Positions 54,632-64,000 of a DNA stretch of 64,000 nt are shown here, in pieces. The translations under genes were made by a program, and so were the position numbers. Origin of the DNA: the human T2T-CHM13v2.0 reference genome, Homo sapiens; NCBI RefSeq assembly GCF_009914755.1, contig NC_060947.1, one strand, 5' to 3'. Numbering within the stretch: position 1 is the stretch's first letter; each line of letters starts with the position of its first letter. The notes below the pieces were generated by a model. That model was not told the origin of the DNA and did no database searches. It was given only the letters and a program-made list of their open reading frames with translations.

Positions 54632-56084
54632 TATAGGTCATTTCTAAAATGTTTTAAAATGTGGACTTTGTGTAATGGGGATTTCTATAAAGCAGAAAAT
54701 TGCCTAAATTGTAAGATTATGCATCAAACGTACTGGTTGTATATTGTAAAGCTCTTGTATATTAGTCGACTTGTATTTGTGCATGCTTGGACTCCCTGAC
54801 TGGATTGCATACTTCTGGAGGACAGAAACTATGTATGCATATCATTGTGTCTCCCATCACACCTAATAATATTATCGACCAGACTAATCAACTGGTATGT
54901 TAACAGGCTAATTGGCTTAGTGTGATATAGCTCACAATAGTAAACTAAGTCTCTTTGGAAAATATCAGTAGGGCCATTAATATGATTAGGAATGCTGACC
55001 AGACTGTCTTACCTCATAGCACAGAGCAGAGAGAGGCAACCATAACAAAACTAGCTGCTGGAATGTCAGGAAGCAAAAAAGTCTTGAACAATACATATGG
55101 CTTAAAAAATTTTTACTCTATTTTACAGTTCACTGTGTATCATTATACATTTTTTGTCTTCCAGAACAACCTCAGGAATATCTAAAGCAGAATACAAAGT
55201 AACAGCTTGATTCTGTATCTTCTGTTTCACAGTAAACTTGGTCATCATTTGATATATCTTAATAAATGTTATATATAGAATGGATTGGCACCAAGCTGCC
55301 AGCATCTTTGTGTTTGAAATGTCTCATTCTTCCTAAATGAGATTATCATTTGTTCAATCAAATTCAGATGTTGTTCCTCATAAGTCTTATCCTTGAACTA
55401 ACGGAAAACACTAGAGGGTGAGAACAAGCAAGTCATTTTTTACAGAATTTTATCATGCTAAAAGCAGTGTCCAAATATTATCCATTTTTACTGACTCTTC
55501 AAAGTCACTGTCTTGCACTTGTAAATTTTATTCATGAAATTCATGAATATTAAGAACAAATAGTTATTTCTTCAGTAGCAAGTAGGCACCCTGAATATAG
55601 GACTTGATAATATTAAAAGCATTAAATCAGGATACTGAGTTCTATTTGTAACTGTGGAACTGATCTCTATTTCCCTGCTAAATCAGATCCTCTTCTGTCA
55701 ATCACTTTTGTTACCTGGTCAACAAGACAGAGATGCATCCTGTAAATAAAGCAACAATCGAGAGACATACTTTGAACCCTATACTTTCTACATCCTTTGT
55801 TGTCTGACTGTGCCCAAGGACTTTACCTTCTGTGACCTTGTCTCCTCAAAAGAAAGATACTAATAATTATCTAACTTACACGGATTCTGAAAAGAGTAAA
55901 TGAGATAATAGATGTGTGAATCACTTTGTAAAAGGCCAAATGATAAAGTCAGCCATTATTATTATCATAAGTTTCTGCTTTGTGGAATCTTAAAAGAATT
56001 TACCAAATGAGATAAAGCATTATTTCAATAATCAAAACCCCTGGAGCTTAACAATAATAACAATGATAATAGCTAGCATTAGAC

Positions 56085-56613
56085 ATAACCCAACATGATC
56101 TGGCCCTGCCTACCTATCTGATCTCATGCCCTACTCCTCTTTTTCCCTTAACTCTGTATTTTTCAGCCACAATAATGTCTTTGTCTTTCCTAGAGAACGT
56201 TAATAGCATTTTTCCCTTTTTAAGAACATTACACTTCCTGTTCTCCCTGCCTGAAATGTTCTTCCCTGCCCACCCTCCCACCCCAACACAGTTATTTCAT
56301 GGCTGTCTCTTTTTGTGTCTTTCAGGTCTCTGATCAAGTGCCACATCTTTAGAGAAGCTTTTCCAAACAACCGTAAGTAAAATAGCATGTGTCCTACCCC
56401 TACAGTCTGTCTGTAGTCCCTTATTCTGATCTAGTTTCTTCATGGCACTTATATCTGACATTATTTGTTTATGTATTATATATCTTTCCAATTAGAATAT
56501 GAGATGGTTGAGAGAAAGGACTGTTCTCTGTCTTGGTTCACCATTGTATCCCAGCACATAAAACAGTGACACACTTATGGTAAATGCTCCATAAGCATTT
56601 GTTCAATGAAAGA
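56085..56613 (+). mobile_element. L2a 3' end
   Basis: tctggccctgcctacct...gttcaccattgtatcccagcac...atttgttcaatgaa. Confidence 0.8.
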
Positions 56614-56617
56614 ATTA

Positions 56618-57000
56618 CATTTATTGAACTTTATATGCCAGGCCTTGTTTTATAAGTATCATTGCATTTAATGTTGACAATAACGCTATGGGGTAGATAC
56701 CATCATCCCTATTTTGCAAAAGAGAAAATTTAAATTTAGCAAGGTTAAATAAGTTGTTCAGTGGTCACACAGCAGTTAATTGGAAAACCCAGTATTTGAA
56801 CACAGATATTCTGATTCTAGTGGACTTATTCATAATACTCTACTGCCTCTAGTGTTTATTTATTGAGCACTTACTATGTAGCAAGCACTATGTTAAATGT
56901 TTTATGGGCATAATTTCATTCAGTCAATATCCCTATCTTTACAGAGAGAAACTTAAATCTTAGGTAGGTTATGTAATTTGCCCTAGTTACACACATAATA
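56618..57000 (-). mobile_element. Two adjacent MIR copies
   Basis: atttattgaactttatatgccagg...ggtcacacagc and tttattgagcacttactatgt... Confidence 0.7.
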
Positions 57001-57490
57001 ATGGGCTATCCTTTATGAAATATCTAAAAAAAAAAAATGATGCTGCAATTGTCACCTTATTTAAAGAATGCTCTGTCTGAATTTTGTATTCTGAAAGAAA
57101 AAATAAGGGCAAAATGAGTTGTCTCAACATTCTGGCCAAGTGGTCTCTTATTTCCAAAACCATATTTTTGCTTTTCTTTTTGGCTACTGTTATGCATATT
57201 CCTAATCAAGGTTGAACTGTATTTTTACAAGCATACACTTTTATTTGTGAGGGCAACAAGAGTGATACCCTTGCTCATGTCAAATAGTGACGTAATTGGT
57301 GCACTAAAACTAGAACTCAGGTCTTCTGACTCTGGCTTAATTTCTAATTCCATTATACTTTGTCCTCATTAACAACTTGCTTTAACCAACTAAGATAATT
57401 GGAATATAATAATGATGTGTTTAAATCTATTTAAACACTTTTCTGTAATTTCTGATGAAAATCATCGCTCTTACCATTGTCCATCTAATT

Positions 57491-57803
57491 CAGGGGTCCC
57501 CAACCCCAGGCCACCGACCCTTAGGGACCCGGCCTCACAGCAGGAGGTGAGCAGCGGGGATTGGGCATTACTCCCTGAGCAACGCCTCCTGTCAGATCTA
57601 TGACGGATTTAGATTGTCACAGGAGCTCAAATCCTTTTGTGAACAGCGTGTGCGAGGCATCTATGTTGCACACTCCTTATGATAATCTAATACCTGATGA
57701 TCTGAGGTAGAACAGTTTCATCCCAAAACCAACCCCCTGCTTCCATGGAAAAATTGTCTTCCACAAAACCAGTCCCCGGTGCCAGAAAGGTTGAGGAACG
57801 CTG
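57491..57803 (+). mobile_element. MER1B hAT-Charlie MITE
   Basis: TIRs caggggtccccaacc / ggttgaggaacgctg; degenerate 8-bp TSD atctaatt/atctggtt. Confidence 0.9.
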
Positions 57804-59334
57804 ATCTGGTTTTACATATTCTTTTTATTCACAACCATTTACTCAGATATATGATTGTGTATCTATTTAAGGACAAAATTTTTTGAGGGCAGACACCGTG
57901 AGTAGCCTTTATTATATACCTTTAACAATTCAAAAAAGAGCCAGGTACTATCTGGATTCTGAGTATATCCTAGGTCACTTATATTAGCTCCTTTAATCTA
58001 AGCTTGGAGGACCACAAAAGAAAAATTCCGTTGAAACATGAAACATGAGATATTCAGACAAAACAAAAATCACATAAAGCCTTGGATACACATCAACACA
58101 TACACATATACACAGAATTCTGCAACATTTCAATTCATCCTTATTAACTTGGTTTGTACAGTTTTTCTTTTAACAAGGGATGTCCCCAACAGTCATTCAT
58201 GATAAACAAGTATCGTGAGCATTACCATGATGGTATTTGCCAAAGGAAAATGAATAATTCAGTGTTTGTTTAGCTACAGGGACAGGCATGTTTTGCCATT
58301 AGCAGAGAGAATCTTGGCTGAATTAGTGAGGACCAACTCATTCCATTCCACTGAGCACAAATGGGAATCTTCTCCATTGTCTAGTTGCCAAACAAATATC
58401 TGCATTTGTGTAAGTGCATTTTCATATTCAAAAGGAAAGGTTGTTATGTGGGATACTTGCCATTTTTCAGTAATGATGAAATAAACAATCTCTGCAGGGC
58501 CTGTATAATTAACACCTTTGCTTTTTTAAAAAAGGCACAATTAATTTATACTTATTTCTAAGCTAAATTCTGTTGTTTTTTGAACCAGTGATTTCATTTT
58601 CACAAACAAGAAGATGAGGCTTAACCTTGACAACATTGGTGTTACTTTCTGATTGGGAAAAATATTAACAGTCTGAACTTAAGCTTTTATCAGAGAAAAA
58701 TTGAATTTTTAAATAAATCTATTTTTATTGAGGAGATAAATGAGGAGAAAAGAAAACAATTGCCCTTGTATTACTAGTGCTATTTTCCTATTTCTACCTA
58801 TTCTACACGGTTAACATGAAATGCATGTATATTGCATGCAGATACATTATATTAATTACAAGTAGCTGATAATTCACTTAGTGAAAAAATACGTGTTCAA
58901 GATACATAGAGTCAATATTGCTTATCAAGTAAGGTTACTAAGGGCAAAATAATCACCAATATCCACTTAATGTCTACTGAGATAATATATTTTGTGAGAA
59001 AAAGAGTAATTTAGAATTGATATTCAATGTAAAGAGTCAGAGGGGGCTTCTTGGAGGCAATGGCTAAATTTATTGAGCTGAATTTTAAAGCTCAGAGAGA
59101 TGGATCAGCAGAGAGAGGGCATTCTAAGTAGGAACTCATTAGTTTATGTGTAATAGAGGAGGGTTCATTTAGGGAGACTGATGAAAAATGGTGTTAATGA
59201 TTAACAGTTGCAAGTTGATAGAGGTCTCTAAAGATCAGAAAGATGGATGTGTATTTGTTAATAATCATAATAAGAAACCACTTTAGTTTTTTAAGAAAGG
59301 GAGTAACATAATAAAGCAAATCCAGGCTACAATG

Positions 59335-59580
59335 AGTATAGCATACTGGTACAGATCATAGAGTCTGAATCTCAATTAATAGATTTGAATTCTGCTTCTT
59401 TCAATTCCTAGCAACCTTGTGTAAGTTACTGAACTTCTTTGTGCTTCATATTCCTCAACAGTAAATTAGAACTAGTGATTGTGCCAACTTCTTAGGGTTG
59501 GTGTGATGATTAGATGATTTCATGCAAGTAAAATGATTAGGAGAGTACCTCACATAGAGTATCCAATTAATAAATGCTAG
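59335..59580 (+). mobile_element. MIR
   Basis: tttgaattctgcttct...ccttgtgtaagttactgaac...agggttggtgtgatgattagatga. Confidence 0.7.
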
Positions 59581-60094
59581 TTCCCACATCAGTGGTGTGA
59601 GGGAAACATTATCGTTTAGCCATTTCTCAATCTAGCCATTCTTATTGTTCTTATATGCTTTAATCTAAGTCTTGTACTCTAAACAAACCAGTTTGCTCTT
59701 CCTTGTCACTCAGACAGACTTTGAACATATTATTCCTGCTTATAGTAGCCTGTTCTTTTCCACCAAACAACATTCATACTCTAGTTAAAACTCTTACTTC
59801 AGATGACATTCCTTCACTAATCCCACCCAGATTCCAGGAATCCTGCAGCATTGTATATGTGATGTAGGTGCTCCTGTCGGTTTTTCTGTGGTTATCTTGG
59901 TGATTCAATCCTCTCCCTTCTCCACTGAAATCATCCTCTCAAAGGTGGCTAACTTGACCAAGAATAGAAGCCAGAATTCACTAGTGTTATCCACACACAT
60001 TTATTTATTTTTTCATCATAGTCTGTATATATTTTCATGATAATATGTTTCTCTACTGCCAATTAGTCAAAAGGGAAGGAGGTAGCTCCCTGGA

Positions 60095-60770
60095 GAAAAT
60101 GGTTAAATACTGAATGCTTGCAATATGTAGGCGTGGGAATCGGACTGTTTGGGTTTGTATCCTGACTGTATTGTCTACTAGGCAACCTTAGGCAAGTGTT
60201 CTTAATGCTTCTGTGCCTAGGTTTTCTCATCTACAAAATAGAAAAAATAAATGGTAAATCACCTGATATTATTTGGATCTGTGTCCTCACCCAAATCTCA
60301 TGTTGAAATGTAATTCCCAATACTAGAGGTGAGGCCTGATGGGAGGTGATTAGATAATGGGGACAGTTTCTCATGGTTTAACACCATCCCTACTTGGTGC
60401 TGTCATCATGATAGTGAGTTTTCGTGAGATCCGGTTGTTTAAGAGATCAGGACCCTCTCTCTTGGTCCTGCTCCTGCCGTGTAAGATGCCTGCTCCCACG
60501 TTGCCTTCTGCCATGAGTAAAAGCTCCTTGAGGCCTCCCCAGAAGCAGATGCCACCATACTTACTGTACAGCCTGCAAAATCGTGTGCCAATGAAACATC
60601 ATTTCTTTATTACCCAGGTTTCAGGTATTTTTTTTATAACAATGTCAGGATGGACTAATATACCACTTCATAGAAATGTTTAGAAAATTAAATAAAATAA
60701 TGAATTTAAAGCATTTAGCATAGTGTCTGGCAGGTAGGAATATCTTAGTAATGTTAACTGTTATTTATTT
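60095..60770 (+). mobile_element. MIR split by an MSTA LTR
   Basis: MIR head and core at 60095-60263, MIR tail at 60663-60770. Confidence 0.7.
60264..60662 (+). mobile_element. MSTA solo LTR
   Basis: tgatattatttggatctgtgtcctcacccaaatctcatg...ggactaatata. Confidence 0.85.
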
Positions 60771-61702
60771 AGTACTAAACCCGAAACATAGGAGAAAAAG
60801 TATTATCTTTATCTTATAGAACAAGACATAGGTTTAGAGTAAAGGACCTTATTCAAAGTGACAGAGCTAATAAATGGCTGCTGCTATTCCACTGCATTCA
60901 TTTTATCCTGCTATTTTTCTGAGTTTCCACAACATTTTAGATATTTAAAAGAGAAGATTATTACTTTATGTCAATTCAGTTAGTAATACTTATTTCTTTT
61001 GTACCTATGGCCATAGAATTATCAGCCCTGTACTAAACCATCTGATTCTACCACTTTTGCCTCTAGGTGTATTGCAAATTTAGATGTCTTCTATGTAATA
61101 CCTGTAGGTGAAAGATGGCTTATCATGTGCAAATAAAACTGCATCAATGAGGAAGAGCCCTGACTTCTTGTTTTCCAGAGCAATCCTAAAACTGGGTATC
61201 AAGGCTTTATTTATTTGCATCTAACTGTGTGTATCACCACTGAGTGTCCCTAATTCTAAGAACATATATTATAACAATTAATGAAACCCCAAGAAACTGG
61301 GCTTAAAATTCAACACTCAATAAATGTCCTGTAGAAAAGTCACAGCAATGTTAAATCGATTACCTTAAACTAGTGCTTTCCCAAAGCATGTGTGGCAGAA
61401 CACTGGTTTAATAAAAAGCTCCTTAAGAAAAGCATTTAGTGGTCAAATAAATTTGTTAAGCACTATATGCTATAATCACCTTCCAGGAAATTTACAGTGC
61501 TGTATTAGTTAAGGTTGTTTTGGTTGCAAGTAACAGAAACCAACTTGAGCTAGCTTCAGCTAAAAGGTAACTAATTGGAAAAAAATTATGGTAATTCACA
61601 GAAATCAAAAGAACGGTTGAACAAATGAACCTCAATAAGAGAAGGAATTAGAATATCTCAGCAGCAAGAGTTCATGGAGCTTCCTGAATGTACAGTCTTA
61701 GA

Positions 61703-61932
61703 CCAGTGCTGGCCAGAATGTATAAAATTATCCTAAAAATCTTAAGGGCTGCAGTGTCTGGTACACATTGCATGTGAGTCTTCAATAATTCTTAGCTATC
61801 CTTATTAAACATTTTATGTGCAAATCAGGCACAAGATATTCTGATGTGGAGATCTGGGATGGGGCTCAAGAATCAGCATTTTTGCATAACTTCCCACATG
61901 AGTATGAAGTGGAGCCAGATTTGGGATCCAGT
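61703..61932. mobile_element. MER5-type MITE, possibly containing a MIR/L2 tail at ~61750-61806
   Basis: atctgggatggggctcaagaatcagcattttt...tttgggatccagt. Confidence 0.55.
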
Positions 61933-62128
61933 TCTCATGTACCGGTATCAAGTGCCACAGACATCAGCAATGCCCAGCTTCTGTGTCTCTCAGCTCAAAA
62001 TTGCATAAGGACAATTATTCTAATGGGGCCTTTGAGGTTCAAACATTTTACTTCGTGGCCAAACAGCTATGGCTAGGGAATTAGAATATACTTGACTTCA
62101 GAAGACATATTTCTGAGTAATAGGGGTA

Positions 62129-62478
62129 TGCTATGATCTGAATGTTTGCGTTTCCCCAAAATTCACATGTTGAAACCTAATCCCCAGTTTGATAGTATTA
62201 CCAGGTGGGGGCTTTTGGGAAATGATTAAGTCATGAGGGTGGAGACCTCATGAGTGGGATTAGTGCCCTTATAAAAGAGGGCAGAAGGAGCTTATTAGCC
62301 CCTTTTCCCATATGAGGACACCTAGTCTATGAAGAATGAGCCCTTGCCAGACACTGAATCTTCTGGCATCTTGATCTTGGACTTCTCAGTCACCAGAACT
62401 GTGAGCAATAAATATCTGTCATTTAAAAATTACCCAGTCTAAAAGAATTTGTTATAGCAGCCTGAACAAATGAAGACG
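62129..62478 (+). mobile_element. MLT1A0-like solo LTR
   Basis: tgctatgatctgaatgtttgcgtttccccaaaattcac start; TSD gggta/gggca. Confidence 0.85.
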
Positions 62479-62829
62479 GGGCAGTTCCCAGAGAAGAGAA
62501 AATCTTTGTGAACTGCGTAGCCACCCCAAGAAGTTTCTGCCTTTAGAAACATTCTAAGAAGTGCCTTTTAAAAGAAATCTGCTTAATTTTGTTGACCCAG
62601 ACTTTACCTAAACTCATTTGACTACAAGATCCCATTTTTACCCATATGTAATAATATTATTCAGAGCAAATAATCTGCACAACACACATTAGGAAATGTT
62701 GAGTTAGAAAACTATTGAGTTAAAGCTATTATTTCCTAATCTTCACAGATTTGTGCCTAACCTTGCTTTCAACTGATGTTCACATAATTTATTTCTCTAT
62801 ATGACACAGCGGATGGCTCAGCCCTCACA

Positions 62830-63060
62830 GTTCTGAAAGAATCTTTTGTCTCTTGGCTCACTAACTCATGAAATGCCCGGTAACAAAAAAAGACGAAGGG
62901 ATTTTATATAATCAAATAAGTTTAGCAAACATTGTATATAAACTTTTAAAATTTCACAATGTACTTAATCATGTAAAAGACTCTGAGAAGACTTGTAACA
63001 AAGACAATTCTTCAACTTTGCTTAACCCAATATTTTTCAAACTTATTTTTTGAGAGAACT
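62830..63060. mobile_element. Second MER112-like MITE
   Basis: tcaaataagtttagcaaacattg...actctgagaag...aactttgcttaacccaatatttttcaaacttattt. Confidence 0.55.
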
Positions 63061-64000
63061 AACTCCTATCAGTAATGCTTACCTTACCCACACGCTGCAG
63101 CAGAATGGAAGCCTGGGAATTACAAGTCCATTTTTTCCCTCCATTTCCTCCTTCTTTCTTCTTAATATTTTTCTGGTCTAGAAAGAACAATTATTTCATA
63201 AAGAATAGCCCCACAGAATTTCTGGTCTGAAATTGACCCTATTTGGTTATTACTTAAGGCAACTCTTTCTAACTTGCTTTGCTTTTCCCTCTATTATAAG
63301 AATGGTGAAGATCATAGCACATTCTTCTGAACCAAATAAATGTTGTGTCAAAAGCACCTCATATGAAAGCCATGCTTAGAATTCTCGTTCCTTGCAGTTG
63401 TACAACAAAAACAACTTTTGTTTTATTTTACAGCATTTAAAATTGCTTTTGCTTAAATGCAAAACTGAGAAGCCACAAAAATTGGATTAACCACAAATCA
63501 AAGAATGCCTAGAGCAATGCATAGGTTATATACTTGTACATCAGCTTCTTGAGTGTCTGCCTTAATGGGTAATATTCCCTAAAGCATTTTTATGTATTTC
63601 AAACAATAAATAAAACAAGTTACAAGAGGTATGTTCACCTACTGAATTTACCTGCTGTTACATCTGCATTTGACATGGCTGCCCTTGAGTTTCATACATT
63701 TATAGAGCCAGGCTACTGTGCTGCTTAGTATGGGGGGTGACTTGGATAAATTTTGAGGATGAGCAGTTAGTTCACTTAAAGGAAGAACTAACTGGGTCAC
63801 CATCAAACTTTCTTTTTTTTTTACATTTTTCAGAGAAAGATCACATCTGCTAGAATCACTAGAAATGGGGAAGATAAAAATATCAAAGCAAAATTGAGAC
63901 TTAGCTTCCTGACACAGCTCTCCCATTCACCAACACTTGGCAAAAAAAAAAAAAAAAAAAGTGAAGCTAAAACTTAATAGGCATTTATTACTGTTATTTA

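Larger units (their letters stand above)
61501..62540 (-). mobile_element. Ancient MaLR LTR (MLT1K/L-like) carrying nested elements
   Basis: tgtattagttaaggttgttttggttgcaagtaacagaaacc terminus. Confidence 0.65.
61370..62700. mobile_element. hAT-Charlie MITE (MER112-like) split into 61370-61500 and ~62540-62700
   Basis: gtgctttcccaaag...gtggtcaaataaatttg left half; ...aactcatttgac...aacacacattaggaaatgttg right half. Confidence 0.55.

Noticed and set aside
63900-63960. Processed pseudogene ending at the A19 run (likewise the A-run at ~19970-19991)
   Set aside because: No poly(A) signal at the expected distance, no TSD and no recognisable coding or RNA-gene homology.

Overview
AT-rich primate (probably ape or human) genomic DNA dominated by transposable-element fossils. 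I find no supportable protein-coding gene, RNA gene or CRISPR array; the ORF-track entries that resemble real proteins are remnants of LINE-1 ORF1/ORF2, MaLR internal or ERV-L sequence, and the rest are antisense or low-complexity artefacts. Main content: a minus-strand MER57-type ERV1 provirus (5' LTR, intact tRNA-Leu primer-binding site) running off the left edge; an old L1MD-type element hosting a young 5'-truncated L1PA and a full THE1A provirus; a near full-length L1PA13-like element with a THE1C provirus in its 5' UTR; a 38-54 kb block of nested old L1s; and many MaLR LTRs, MIR, L2 and DNA-transposon MITEs. Only two Alu arms are present. I do not see a new multi-gene biological system. 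The most interesting signals are mutational fossils seen directly in the sequence: a probable ancient local duplication (5364-5745 vs 41404-41783), a 49-bp templated insertion copied from 6.4 kb away, a cluster of template-switch hairpins in old L1s, and an L1 3' transduction. Repeat subfamily names come from recalled consensus sequences and need RepeatMasker/Dfam confirmation; boundaries of old elements are approximate.
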